Shown: positions 1 to 10,942 of the stretch, piece after piece
Position numbering within the stretch: the stretch's first letter is position 1
Layout: each line of letters begins with the position of its first letter
IMG/VR virus record: IMGVR_UViG_3300021962_007022
Coordinates: 4,245-68,244 of that record
Length of the DNA: 64,000 bases
Direction: 5' to 3' (one strand)
Origin: a virus
Made by a program: the position numbers and the translations under genes
The notes under the pieces: generated by a model
Databases searched by the model: none
The model's input: the letters and a program-made list of their open reading frames with translations, nothing else
Told to the model about the DNA's origin: nothing

Positions 1-1098
1 TTCTAGCTCAGCTTCTACTATATTAAGTCTATAGCTGAGTTCCTTAATGGCTTCAATTAGCACAGGAACAAGTTTACTATAATCTACAGCTTTGAAACCA
101 TCTTCTCTGAGCATAACAGCTTGTGGGAATACCTTTTCCACTTCTTGGGCAATCAAGCCAATGTCCTTATCAGGCTTTGGTCCAACATTTTCTAGCTTTT
201 CAATAGCTTCTTTGTCCCAAGTAAACTCTACACCATTTAGCCATCTAACTTTTTCTAGCGCGTCATCAATTCTAACAACATCTTTCTTTAATCTTTGGTC
301 TGATGTATAGAATGCTGAAATATCACCAGTTGCGTAAACTGCACCTTGAACATGCAATGGAGCCTGTGGGTTTGTAACACCACCAACACCAATTCTAGCT
401 GCTGTGTTTGAAACAAATAGCGAGGATGTAGTGCCACCAAAGTTTGTATTGGCATTAACTCTTACCTGGCCACTTGCAGCATTAGCTGTTACGGTGCCAA
501 GTGTTAGAGCATCAATCTCTTGTGAAACAAGGTGTGTTAATCTTGTTCTTACAAACTTGCTGGCAGATGAATCGTAAGCAATAACATCATATGTTGTGTT
601 AGTTGCTGTTGTATAAGGACCAAGGTTTGATGTTAGTACAAACTCATCTGGATCTAGATCCGTGCCCTTTACTTCTAGGTTTGCAATTAACACATAACCT
701 GTTGAGTTGGCCTTTAGCCAACCAGTATTAGAGGAGTATGTTGTTGATCTATCAACAAATCTTAGTTTAGAAGTAGTGTCAATAATAATATTGCCCTTGA
801 CACTCAAATCGCCCACTGTATAAAACTTGAAAGCTGATTTGAGTTCTAGATTAGCTTCAATACCAACATTAGCACCAGTAACATTAGATGTGAGCGTGTT
901 ACCAATCAAAATTGTGTTGGCGGCAAACTTACCCCATAGTTTAGAATTGAAATTAGCAGTAGCATTACCTGTAACACCTTCAGAGGTATTTGCAGTGATA
1001 ACAGCATTACTAATTGTTTGTGCCATCTGATTAGTGATGGCAACCCAACTAGCAAATGTATCTGAATTTGCATCAATTGAATTAATTATTACTGACAT
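1..1098 (-). CDS. Tail fibre/spike protein with C-terminal peptidase S74 intramolecular chaperone (runs off window end; not in ORF track)
   Basis: Open frame from ATG at 1098 (MSVIINSIDANSDTF...) to position 1; C-terminus SDQRLKKDVVRIDDALEKV...GLIAQEVEKVFP...VDYSKLVPVLIEAIKEL is the S74 chaperone signature. Confidence 0.85.
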   Translation of the reverse strand, partial: MSVIINSIDANSDTFASWVAITNQMAQTISNAVITANTSEGVTGNATANFNSKLWGKFAANTILIGNTLTSNVTGANVGIEANLELKSAFKFYTVGDLSVKGNIIIDTTSKLRFVDRSTTYSSNTGWLKANSTGYVLIANLEVKGTDLDPDEFVLTSNLGPYTTATNTTYDVIAYDSSASKFVRTRLTHLVSQEIDALTLGTVTANAASGQVRVNANTNFGGTTSSLFVSNTAARIGVGGVTNPQAPLHVQGAVYATGDISAFYTSDQRLKKDVVRIDDALEKVRWLNGVEFTWDKEAIEKLENVGPKPDKDIGLIAQEVEKVFPQAVMLREDGFKAVDYSKLVPVLIEAIKELSYRLNIVEAELE

Positions 1099-1298
1099 TT
1101 TCTTTCCTCAAGGACTGCTTGGAGAAGTGCTTTTAGTTCTGCCACTTCACTTTGTAGGTCCTGTATCTTTTTGTTCTGCTTCTTTCTAAGTTTATAATCT
1201 CTTAACTTAGCTGTATTAGTATTTAACACAGCATTTGTTTCTATGTCTCTTATATAGTCAGGATTTTCTTGGACTCTGTAAATTACTTCTCTTTCCAT
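1089..1298 (-). CDS. Small coiled-coil protein typical of T4-like structural modules
   Basis: MEREVIYRV...RDIETNAVLN...LQSEVAELKALL; tightly packed between neighbours. Confidence 0.6.
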   Translation of the reverse strand: MEREVIYRVQENPDYIRDIETNAVLNTNTAKLRDYKLRKKQNKKIQDLQSEVAELKALLQAVLEERKCQ

Positions 1299-1299
1299 A

Positions 1300-3009
1300 T
1301 TACATCTGTAGAGCAATAACTCTCAAATCGTTAACCTTTGGATAAATGTGTTCTAAACCAGTATCAGAAGTCAATACTAATTTAACAGCAAACTTCTTGA
1401 TAACTTTATTATAACCACTGCCACCATATAATGGACCACCAGTTACGCCGCCTGTGGAGTTGGCACCAAGATATGATACAGGTACTGTGTTGCTTGACTG
1501 AAATGCAGCTAATGCATTACCAGCAAGGGTTGCGCTTGTGGCAAATGAGTAAACATATTCTAGATACTCTTCTGGAGCATTAGTGTTTCTAACAGTAGCT
1601 GGATTCTCATACGTCATCTTAGACCAGACCTTTGTATCAAATGGTTCTGGATCTGTATCGCTCCATACCTTTGTATAGACATGAATCTCTGTATTAGCTG
1701 GCTTATTGGCGGTAATAAAGATTCTTAGATCTTCTGCTTCCTGCTCATCTTCTAGTGTGATAACCTTAGAAATATATTTTGAATCAGCTCCGCCGCCATC
1801 CTTATGTTCATTTGTGGTATTGGCATTAATAACATTACGTAATAAAATAACATTGTTGCGAGTTAAATCAATTGCTGGAGAAATATAATCATTATCGGAG
1901 CTAATAGCTGCTTCAATAATAATAGAAGAATTTGAACACTGCTTACCAGATGGAGTCACACCTGTTCTAAATTCATTCGTTGCATCTCTTTCGTCTGTCT
2001 CGCCAAGCCAATATCTTGTTCTATCTCTAAATTCTAATTCTGTATTATTATCAATTAGTTTATTATCATCTTGAACATACTTTGTTCCATTATACTTTGC
2101 GCCCTTATATGTAAGTGTAACACCAGTAAATGGAATCTTGTTTATGGCTAGTTTTGGTACAATTGCATGATAAGCAAATTTAGTTAAACCATTATTTGCT
2201 GTACTGTCAATTCTTGCTACGCCTAGCATACCAGAGTTATTAGATGATGGATTTCCTTCTTCACCAGTTCTTACAAATACAATATCTGTGTTGGCTGTGA
2301 AGTTACCTGAAGAGTTCTTGACATATAGTAGGTTATTAACTGTGTCTAGTTTAGTTACTACAGCATTTGCAGATGTATTAACATATGCATTAGACCAAGC
2401 ATAAACGTGGTCTCCTGCCCTAATATCAATTGCACCTGTAATATTAGAAAGATTATAGAATGAAATTATTTCCGTATTATTATTTCTTAATGCTGCAGTA
2501 CCACTTGTAGCAGTAAATTTAGCTCTATAAAGATTAAATTTGATATCTTGATTAATTAAATCAGCATACTTTTGTTTATTACCTGCAAAATAAGCTGTCT
2601 CAACAACTGGGTTTGAACCAATTGGCTTATCAGTAGCTAGGTCTCTTCTTCCTAGCTCACCAACCCAAACCTCATAGTCAGGAGAGTTGCCAATAGCCTT
2701 AATACCAAATGCATATGTTTCCCCAGCATTTAGATAAACAAGTTGAGGGAAAACAAATTGGGTTTCAGATGATCCATCTGTTGATATAGCAACATTTTCT
2801 GTGTCAACTGTTACGAGAGAGTTTGGAATAATCTTATCCTGATCAGGTAGGTTATTTGTAACCTGCATCAAGAATGCTTGTACACCCAATGAATCAGATT
2901 TCTTTTTAAAGAACAAACCAAGCTTTGAAACATAAACACCAGGGACTCCTGGTGGAGCTGTCACTCTAAATGTTTGCGAAAGACTCGTGTATTTTATTGC
3001 GTCTGTCAT
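1300..3009 (-). CDS. Virion structural protein (C-terminal part of DUF4815/VrlC-like baseplate protein)
   Basis: SLSQTF...VYVSKLGLFF, QDIKFNLYRAKF, SPAIDL, SKYISKVITL, FAVKLVL...PKVNDLRVIAL motifs normally at the C-terminus of the giant DUF4815 protein. Confidence 0.7.
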   Translation of the reverse strand: MTDAIKYTSLSQTFRVTAPPGVPGVYVSKLGLFFKKKSDSLGVQAFLMQVTNNLPDQDKIIPNSLVTVDTENVAISTDGSSETQFVFPQLVYLNAGETYAFGIKAIGNSPDYEVWVGELGRRDLATDKPIGSNPVVETAYFAGNKQKYADLINQDIKFNLYRAKFTATSGTAALRNNNTEIISFYNLSNITGAIDIRAGDHVYAWSNAYVNTSANAVVTKLDTVNNLLYVKNSSGNFTANTDIVFVRTGEEGNPSSNNSGMLGVARIDSTANNGLTKFAYHAIVPKLAINKIPFTGVTLTYKGAKYNGTKYVQDDNKLIDNNTELEFRDRTRYWLGETDERDATNEFRTGVTPSGKQCSNSSIIIEAAISSDNDYISPAIDLTRNNVILLRNVINANTTNEHKDGGGADSKYISKVITLEDEQEAEDLRIFITANKPANTEIHVYTKVWSDTDPEPFDTKVWSKMTYENPATVRNTNAPEEYLEYVYSFATSATLAGNALAAFQSSNTVPVSYLGANSTGGVTGGPLYGGSGYNKVIKKFAVKLVLTSDTGLEHIYPKVNDLRVIALQM

Positions 3010-3019
3010 TTTCTATTCC

Positions 3020-6000
3020 TTACTTCTTAAACTTCATATATTTTTCATATTCATAACGTGGTCCACCACCGCCACCGCCGACACCACCACCGCCACTTGT
3101 TCCACCTGGAGTACCTGTACGTGGTGGCTCTCGTACTGGAACAGCAGATGTTGTCTTCAATGTAAAGTGCTGGGATGTGTTACCAATTGAGTTTGCATAA
3201 CCATTTGATAGGTAGAAATCAGCCTTGACAAGTACAATTGTCTCTGAGTCAGGGCCTGTATTTGAGTATAATGTAATAGAGTCATTTGCACATCTTGGCG
3301 AGTCAGTTGGTGTTGAATTAAACACAACACCTGGTACTAGCGTCAATACTGCTCCAGTACCACCAGAAGTATTACCATTGGTGCTATTGGCTGGAGCTGT
3401 AGTGTTTGCAATTTGTACTCTAATCTGTTCAGGTGGCTTGAAGCCTGTACCTGGCGTTACGCCAGTTGCGTTGTAAGATACAATAGCGATATCTGGACTT
3501 ACTAGGTAGTTAAGATTTGTAGTAAAGTTTAGAGTTGTGCCACCGCCGGTCACTTGATAATCAACACCTGGTGATTGTACTAGCCCATTGACTGTTACAA
3601 GAATACTTGTATTTGTACTTGAAGTAGATAGTGTGAAATTATTAAACAGAGTACTATTGGCAGTAAATGTTTCCTGTGTTGCAGGTGTACCATCTGTGAA
3701 GTTACCACGTGATGCCAATTCAATGTACTTAATGCTACCAGTATCATCTGTGAAGATTGTAGCATAGGCATCAACCTGACCATTAGAGAATCTAATTGTG
3801 TCATTGTTTGAGTATCCACTGCCACCTGACTCAACATAAACTTGAGTTAGGTTAGCTTCTGTGAATGTTCTTAATGATGTGGCTGATACAGGTGTTACAG
3901 TCCAACCAATGTAGCCTTGATAATCTACAGATGGCTTAGCAATAACTCTAACAACTGTATTTGTACCTAGGGACACACCTGCATCATATGTCAAGCTCAA
4001 GTAAGGTAAATTTAGCCCTGTGAAGCTTGGTAGATATGCATCTGTGCTCCAGCTTGCATAGCTATATGGATCAGAAATCTGATTGATCTCAGAGGCAACA
4101 AATGTTAGTTCAACGTTTGGTACAGCTGGTGGTGTCGCTGGTGGATCAACAATTAGCGGTGGTGGAATCAACTTAGTTAATCTAATCTGCTGACTATTAC
4201 TCTTCTTGACATTAGCAGAGTCTGTAATTGTTAGTGTTACAAGAACATCTAGTACTGCTCTATCAGTAGTAAATGGAATTGTGTGTGGACCAACTCCTGT
4301 TAGAGTTGTATTAACATTTAGGATTCCAATTTCTGGGAAATCACCGGTATTAAAATTCCACTCATATGCAGTAATGCTTCCGTTCTTAACGAAGCTGTCA
4401 TCTGTAAATGTTAGAGTAAACACGCCATTACTAATATAACCATTTGCATCACGAGCGGCAACAACAGTTGTATTACCTGTATATGTAAATCTTGCAAATG
4501 CCTCTGGTAAGGTAATAACTGTATTTGTTGAGTTATTACTTGGAGGTGGCAAGCCTGTGTTGGCAGGAGTGTTTGCATCTGGTGGTGGAGGTACAGGAGG
4601 ATCAACAATAATAGGTGGCTGCTGTAGTGCAATATCTACTGTAAAGTATGCATCAGCATAAGATTCATCAATACCACGATTTAGGGTGTTTCTGTTTCTG
4701 ATTGTTAGCTTATGTGTACCTGATCTTAATGCAAGAGCTGGTACAATAAACTTACCAATCATTTCCCCACGTGAGTCTGTTTCTAAAATAGTACCCCATG
4801 GTGTTGATCTTGTAACAAACGTCTCATCACCAGCGTTTGGTGTTCCACTTAGCTCACCAAGAGCTGCATACTCTGAATTGTTGTTATCGTTAATAAACAA
4901 ATAGTGTATTGTATTTGGCTTTAGACCAACTGCCTTGAAGGCATAGACTCTTTCCTTTGAAAGATAGACAATACCAGTCTGTACTTTCTCACCACTCTGG
5001 GTTGTTACAGATTTATTTGTTTCAATTGTTATTGAGGTAGCATTTCTTGCATCATTTGGTCCAGACTTAATGTTATAGTCGTCATTATTTTGAATACCTT
5101 CTCTCCACCAACCGTACTGTGTTGTACCAGGTGTGACAGAGGCCATTGAACTATAGGCTTGGGCAATCTTAGATGTACTACCGACTGAAGCTGGTCTTGC
5201 CAAGAACTCAACATCATTTCTTACTGTTGGTCTGACATCAATTGTGCCTCTAAAGGCAATTGGCGTACCTGATACATTAACAGGATCAGATGCATGTGGC
5301 TGATCAATATACACTTCATGAACATATGGCAACGTAATCATGTTACCTGTTATCTGAACATTACCATATGAATCCTGGTTTGTATCAAATTCCATTTCAA
5401 TGACTTGTGGCTCAAACAATGGTCGTAATAAGCCATTTTGTTCGTCAATAGCAATCTTGTAATCTGGGTCTTCTGTTCTACCAAATGCGTGACTATTGAA
5501 TGGATCAACAAAGAATCCATTTTGGAATCTTTGATCACCATTTTGGTCGGCAATCATTGTTGATAGAGCAATGCTTTCTAGCATATTGAGAGTTGTATAG
5601 TATTCTAATCTTTCAATTCTCTTTTCGAGAACTGAAATATCTCTCATTGTAAAGCGCTTGTTTGTTAGAATATCAATTAGAATGTTGCTTTCTGGTCTGA
5701 CTACTAATGACTTCTCTGTATCAGAAAGAGATGGATAGGCAGGAACTGTTACTTCAGCTACGTTTAGTACATCCGGCAACATTGGTGACAATCTTGGATT
5801 GATACCAGGTAAGCCTTCCTCGACTTTAAACACACCCTCTGGTGTAAGAACCAATCTATCCTTTCTGCCAAGATAGTATGTGAAGTTTGTTGTTAATGTC
5901 GAACCAGGATATGGAGTATATGTGGTTGTGTTTGAATTGAATGTATTTGTTGCAGGTGGATTGATTGTCGCTGATGTAAATGATGATGTGATGTTTGCTG

Positions 6001-8857
6001 TGTTGGCCTTGTATGGTCTAAAGTCAATAACATCTCTAAGATCATATGTGACTGTTGTATTGGCAACAGTTGTGGTGTATGATGGAATTTCATATGTTCT
6101 TAGTGTTAACTCTGTGTTTGCAGTAGCTGCATCATTGGCCTGGTATGATTCTACAGAGAAGAATCCTTCTCCAGCTGTAACATTTGCAGTAAAGCAATCA
6201 AACTGAACTAACAAGAATGTATTAGCTAATGATGTAAGAGATGAACCTGGTGACAGAGAAATCTTAGCGTGGTCATAGTGGGTATCTCTTTGACCGTTGT
6301 CAAGAATAAAATCACCAACTCTGTTTGTTTGGGTAACGAAGTTTGATGAGTTTGAACCAATATAGACACCTGATAGTCTTAATACGTCAGGTACACCAAG
6401 TGACCATGGACCAGTATTTCCACCAACATTATTGGCTGTGTTGATAATGACTACTGAATTTCTATTAACTCTCTTAGATATTGGGTTAGCTTCATTGTTG
6501 AGAGCCTGGAATCTAACAACGACGTTTGTCGTGCCAGCATAGGTATTACCAAGATTAATTGTTGCAGTTTCCGTACCTGGATTTACAACCATTGTTCTCT
6601 TGGTGCCAGCAGCTGGATTCAACGCAATAACTGAACCTCTCAAGTGCACTCTTGTATAGGTATTAGCAACAACACTTACTGCTGTGTTGATGGTCATAGA
6701 TGTGGAATTAGTAATTGATACGATTCTATGTGTATTAGCAGAAGGTAGGCCATCAAATCTAATACATTCACCAGGAATGAAGTCTTCTGTGAATAATGTA
6801 CCAGTACCTGTAATAACATTTGTAGCTGATGCTGCAACTGTACCAACTAGGGCACTAGCACATTGTGCGTTAGCATCTGCTACAATAATGTCAACCTTTA
6901 ATTCATCAGTATTTGTGCTGCCGCTGAACCCTAAAATACCCTTGAGAGCACCAATACCAAATGTCAATAAGCCAGTTGATTGAAGTTGGGCGCCTGAAGT
7001 GTTGGCAGCTGAGTAATAATAATCAGTATCAAAAACGTTATTACTATTTCTTAAATTCTTTACTGCCTTAGCATTTAAATTAAAGAATAGAGGAGTTTGC
7101 GTGCTTTCCTGTAATACAGGAACACCACCAGTCAATACAAGATCGGCAAATGCCTGGGCGTTTGAGCCATCATGATAGACAACAGATCTCGCATCCTGGA
7201 ATGTGTAGGTACCAACTGGTCTATAATTGAAGATGTATAATCTATACTGTGCTAGGTGTGAACCCTTCAAGGCAGTGCTTGAATCAATATATGTGACTGC
7301 TCGGATGTTTGCATAGCCAACAATTGTACCAGTTGCTGTATTGGCAACAGGCAATCTTTCGCCTGATACAGCATCTTGAGCTGCATTATAAAATCTTACT
7401 TCTACTGATTGATCAACTGGGAAATACCCTCTCAAATCATCAACGATAACATAGTTACCATAAGCCATAGTGATTGGCTGTTCTGATTCAGAAACAGTAT
7501 CAACGCCCTTCCTTCCTTCAACATTTTGGTTGTTTAGGAATTCAATTCTCTTACCTTTAACATACGATAAGCCCTGGCCAACTTCATATACAAACTTATC
7601 TGGGTCACTGCCATGTGGCTTTGTTAAGACTGTAAATGGCTTAACAACATAATGGCCTGACTCTTCATATGTTCTCTTTGCAAGCTCATCACCAATAATA
7701 TTATATTCTGTGTTTGTTTTCTGGAAGATAGGACCATTGTTACCAAACTCAACAATTGGGAATGCAATATCTGTATTAGAAATAGTGTTAGCACCATTCT
7801 TATTTCTTGCGATTAATGTCGATGTTAGCTTTAATCTGTGGGCGCCAGGTGCATTGATGTTTGTTGTGCCAGAAGCATTATCATAAAGGGATGAATCATC
7901 CGTCTCCTTGATAACTTCTTCTTCTGTCTTGAAATATAGAATCTTACCACTTGGATCTGGTGTATCTTCGTTTGTGATTGTTGTGTGGGCATTAACCTTA
8001 ACAAAGTGACCTTTGTGGAAAATAATACCTGGGGATACAACAACACCATGAGCAAAGCCAAGAGATGTGTAGCCAAGTTCTGTGTTGTCTGTAAGAGTTG
8101 ACACTGTATCAATTAGAGAGTTTGCATAGCTCTCATAATCTACGCTAACAACATTGGCAGTTACTGCTGCATCTGTTGAAAGAACCAACGTGTCACCAGT
8201 GACAAACGTTTTTCTTACATTTCTCAGTTCAACATAATTGCCTAACGCATTGGCATAGGCATTGATAACAAAGCCACGGGCTTGGTTTACATTATTAATT
8301 AACTTTGAACCAACTGGGAAGTTTGTTGTATTGACAGTAATTACTGTATTAACTTGAACGATGACTTTATCAATATATGATTTACCAGGCTGGTAAAGAC
8401 TAATTGTTTCATTCTGGTCAAATGTTCTTTGATTATTAAACCCAGGTTGGGTATATTGAATAAAGAATCTAGCTGGATTTGAGGATGCCTTGAAGCCCTC
8501 TCTTGCAGAAATGATCTGGGCCACAACACCTGAATTTGAACCTACAGCAATAGCATTAACAAACTGTGTATTAGTTGATGATAAAGAAGTATTAGTATCA
8601 AACTGGTCATTAATAGAAACGTAGTCAATTCTATTAAGATAAGAAAGACCGCAGCCCTTGATAATAGTACCGTCTTTAAAGATATGCTGACCAAATCTTT
8701 CAATTTGGTTTTGAAGAATAGACTGGACTTGGTTTAGTTCGCGAGCCTGAACGGCAACAGATGGTCTGAAGAGAACTCTATGGAAGTTCTTATCTTCATT
8801 ATAGTCATCAAAATATGGTGATGCATTCAATACTGTGTTTGCGATATCAAGAGCCAT
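3020..8857 (-). CDS. Large virion structural protein, DUF4815/VrlC-like
   Basis: N-terminus LNASPYFDDYNEDKNFHRVLFRPSVAVQARELNQVQSILQNQIE, APGAHRLK, KRFTMRDI..LEKRIERLEYYT, RFQNGFFVDPF motifs; C-terminal PKD-like and small beta domains. Confidence 0.8.
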   Translation of the reverse strand: MALDIANTVLNASPYFDDYNEDKNFHRVLFRPSVAVQARELNQVQSILQNQIERFGQHIFKDGTIIKGCGLSYLNRIDYVSINDQFDTNTSLSSTNTQFVNAIAVGSNSGVVAQIISAREGFKASSNPARFFIQYTQPGFNNQRTFDQNETISLYQPGKSYIDKVIVQVNTVITVNTTNFPVGSKLINNVNQARGFVINAYANALGNYVELRNVRKTFVTGDTLVLSTDAAVTANVVSVDYESYANSLIDTVSTLTDNTELGYTSLGFAHGVVVSPGIIFHKGHFVKVNAHTTITNEDTPDPSGKILYFKTEEEVIKETDDSSLYDNASGTTNINAPGAHRLKLTSTLIARNKNGANTISNTDIAFPIVEFGNNGPIFQKTNTEYNIIGDELAKRTYEESGHYVVKPFTVLTKPHGSDPDKFVYEVGQGLSYVKGKRIEFLNNQNVEGRKGVDTVSESEQPITMAYGNYVIVDDLRGYFPVDQSVEVRFYNAAQDAVSGERLPVANTATGTIVGYANIRAVTYIDSSTALKGSHLAQYRLYIFNYRPVGTYTFQDARSVVYHDGSNAQAFADLVLTGGVPVLQESTQTPLFFNLNAKAVKNLRNSNNVFDTDYYYSAANTSGAQLQSTGLLTFGIGALKGILGFSGSTNTDELKVDIIVADANAQCASALVGTVAASATNVITGTGTLFTEDFIPGECIRFDGLPSANTHRIVSITNSTSMTINTAVSVVANTYTRVHLRGSVIALNPAAGTKRTMVVNPGTETATINLGNTYAGTTNVVVRFQALNNEANPISKRVNRNSVVIINTANNVGGNTGPWSLGVPDVLRLSGVYIGSNSSNFVTQTNRVGDFILDNGQRDTHYDHAKISLSPGSSLTSLANTFLLVQFDCFTANVTAGEGFFSVESYQANDAATANTELTLRTYEIPSYTTTVANTTVTYDLRDVIDFRPYKANTANITSSFTSATINPPATNTFNSNTTTYTPYPGSTLTTNFTYYLGRKDRLVLTPEGVFKVEEGLPGINPRLSPMLPDVLNVAEVTVPAYPSLSDTEKSLVVRPESNILIDILTNKRFTMRDISVLEKRIERLEYYTTLNMLESIALSTMIADQNGDQRFQNGFFVDPFNSHAFGRTEDPDYKIAIDEQNGLLRPLFEPQVIEMEFDTNQDSYGNVQITGNMITLPYVHEVYIDQPHASDPVNVSGTPIAFRGTIDVRPTVRNDVEFLARPASVGSTSKIAQAYSSMASVTPGTTQYGWWREGIQNNDDYNIKSGPNDARNATSITIETNKSVTTQSGEKVQTGIVYLSKERVYAFKAVGLKPNTIHYLFINDNNNSEYAALGELSGTPNAGDETFVTRSTPWGTILETDSRGEMIGKFIVPALALRSGTHKLTIRNRNTLNRGIDESYADAYFTVDIALQQPPIIVDPPVPPPPDANTPANTGLPPPSNNSTNTVITLPEAFARFTYTGNTTVVAARDANGYISNGVFTLTFTDDSFVKNGSITAYEWNFNTGDFPEIGILNVNTTLTGVGPHTIPFTTDRAVLDVLVTLTITDSANVKKSNSQQIRLTKLIPPPLIVDPPATPPAVPNVELTFVASEINQISDPYSYASWSTDAYLPSFTGLNLPYLSLTYDAGVSLGTNTVVRVIAKPSVDYQGYIGWTVTPVSATSLRTFTEANLTQVYVESGGSGYSNNDTIRFSNGQVDAYATIFTDDTGSIKYIELASRGNFTDGTPATQETFTANSTLFNNFTLSTSSTNTSILVTVNGLVQSPGVDYQVTGGGTTLNFTTNLNYLVSPDIAIVSYNATGVTPGTGFKPPEQIRVQIANTTAPANSTNGNTSGGTGAVLTLVPGVVFNSTPTDSPRCANDSITLYSNTGPDSETIVLVKADFYLSNGYANSIGNTSQHFTLKTTSAVPVREPPRTGTPGGTSGGGGVGGGGGGPRYEYEKYMKFKK

Positions 8858-8868
8858 TCTTAGAACCT

Positions 8869-10920
8869 CTAGAACTTAACTACTAGTCTAATTTGTTCGT
8901 TTGTTGTGTTTGATCTTTGTATTGGCAATAGGTTTTGTAGATACAAAACTTCGCCTGAATACAACTTCAAATCAGGAACTGTTGTAATAGCTGTATTACC
9001 AGCTGCCTTAGAGTATTTAGCTCCCGATGCAACTATTTCTGGTGTATCGGCGCCATTTACAATATAGCCAACACCATCCATTACAACATCGTTTACAAAT
9101 GTTACTACACTATTATTGCCACGGGCTTGGGATCTATCAAGTCCAGTTAATACAATTTTGGATGTATTGGCAAATGCAACCTTAGCCTGTACTTGAGAGC
9201 CGCCGCCTGCACCATCAGAACCAAGAATAAATTCACCTGGCTGTAATAGGGCAGGAGTGGTATTAGAGGCTGTGACAGTTACTGTTTGGTTGAAAAAAGC
9301 GTTGAAGAATCTTTTTCTAATATCAAATGTTTCTGCAACGACAGTATATGAAAATGGGTTTTTTAGTATTAGGCTTGTATTATTGGCAATGGATACTACT
9401 TCCTTTTCCTCATCCAAATAAATGATATTATCGCCAATGTTTAATTCTGTTGTGAACTTTGTACCAACACCAGTCACGCTTAAGCTATTAGCAACAAGAT
9501 CTATAGTTCCTGTACCATCAGATGTTGTAGAAGATAGAGGATTCTTTAATATACCTACAGATCTAAATTCTACATCTGAAGAAAAAGAGAATGTTGAAGT
9601 GTTGGAAAACACAACGCCAATGCCAACTGACTGACAGTATAATTCATCCTTGACATTTGATCCGTGGCCACCAATAGGTGACATAATGGCTCTGACTCTA
9701 GCTCCGCTACCAAAACCTACCGAGGTTTGAACGGAAACATTTGCTTGCTTATAGTTTCTACCAGGATTAATAATATCAATCATTTCAACGCTACCAGTAA
9801 AGTTAGTATTTGAAATGTTTTGCATTACCGCTGATGCTATACAGTTTGAGCCTGTCTTGGAATCAATTTTAATAAATGGGCCAATTGAATAGGGGTTGTT
9901 GTTTGATACCTGACCTGTAGAGAATGGTATTTTCAGAATAACAAAGTTGCCGGCACCATTTGAAACATAGTCTCTGATTTCCTTAACATATGTTAAGTTT
10001 GTTGAATCATTAGTAATTGTAATAGCACAATTAGCAAAGAAGTCGTTTGATGTTGATGTACCAGTTCTAATTTGGATAATGTAATTATTACCATTTGGAT
10101 CAGTTCTAATATTACCACTGTCAGCTGGATATGCAGATCCATTAGCCTCTACAACAATATTAAAAATAGAACCATCAATTGCCGAGCTCTTTACGTTGGC
10201 ATTTTCAATTACAGGAATGTAATTTTCTGTAGCATATGTTAGATAATCAATATTATTAATCGTGTACAAATATAACCATCTATAACCATCGGACTCTTCA
10301 GGTGGATACCCAACCTCTGTATGAGATGGTTCAACGGTTGAAATATCTCCAAGATCGTTATGAATACATTTGTATACTTTATTTTCTGATGTTACAACAT
10401 AAAAAGCTTTTGCTGATAAATCTTGATCTTTATCGTCATATATTGCATAGGCTGTATTAGATTGCCATTCTCTTTTTGTTACCATTGGCAAAACATCATC
10501 ATCTGTAATTTTCATTCCAAACATTAATTCATCTTGAACAAATATTTGGGATTCATAATTATCATCGATCGTGTTTGCAGTGATACTTTCATTTTCATAT
10601 GGAGACTGTCTGGCAGCAAAGACGTAATAACTATCGTTTTTTAGTCTACCTTTCTTGTATGTGTTAGCTGATGCGTTTGCTGAATAGGCTGAGCCAACAA
10701 CGATCAATGTGTTATTAACAATAGAGATAATCTGTCTTGATTCAGAACCAATGAACAAGCGGTCGTCTACTGTAAAATCAACAGTAAAGTTTGTACCCGA
10801 ACCAGTTACATTTGCAGACGAAGTGTTGACTGTTACTGTACCAGAAAGATCTGTGCTTAGTGTATTAGCAACAGAATCTATGAAAAGGTCAACAACATTT
10901 CGCTTAAATTTGGTTAACAT
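8869..10920 (-). CDS. gp8: Baseplate wedge subunit (gp8-like)
   Basis: FYVVTSENKVYKCIHN, DGYRWLYLYT, SPIGGHGSN, GEVLYLQN..PIQRS...EQIRLVVKF motifs; synteny. Confidence 0.75.
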   Translation of the reverse strand: MLTKFKRNVVDLFIDSVANTLSTDLSGTVTVNTSSANVTGSGTNFTVDFTVDDRLFIGSESRQIISIVNNTLIVVGSAYSANASANTYKKGRLKNDSYYVFAARQSPYENESITANTIDDNYESQIFVQDELMFGMKITDDDVLPMVTKREWQSNTAYAIYDDKDQDLSAKAFYVVTSENKVYKCIHNDLGDISTVEPSHTEVGYPPEESDGYRWLYLYTINNIDYLTYATENYIPVIENANVKSSAIDGSIFNIVVEANGSAYPADSGNIRTDPNGNNYIIQIRTGTSTSNDFFANCAITITNDSTNLTYVKEIRDYVSNGAGNFVILKIPFSTGQVSNNNPYSIGPFIKIDSKTGSNCIASAVMQNISNTNFTGSVEMIDIINPGRNYKQANVSVQTSVGFGSGARVRAIMSPIGGHGSNVKDELYCQSVGIGVVFSNTSTFSFSSDVEFRSVGILKNPLSSTTSDGTGTIDLVANSLSVTGVGTKFTTELNIGDNIIYLDEEKEVVSIANNTSLILKNPFSYTVVAETFDIRKRFFNAFFNQTVTVTASNTTPALLQPGEFILGSDGAGGGSQVQAKVAFANTSKIVLTGLDRSQARGNNSVVTFVNDVVMDGVGYIVNGADTPEIVASGAKYSKAAGNTAITTVPDLKLYSGEVLYLQNLLPIQRSNTTNEQIRLVVKF

Positions 10921-10942
10921 TACGTGTCCTAAATCCTATGCT

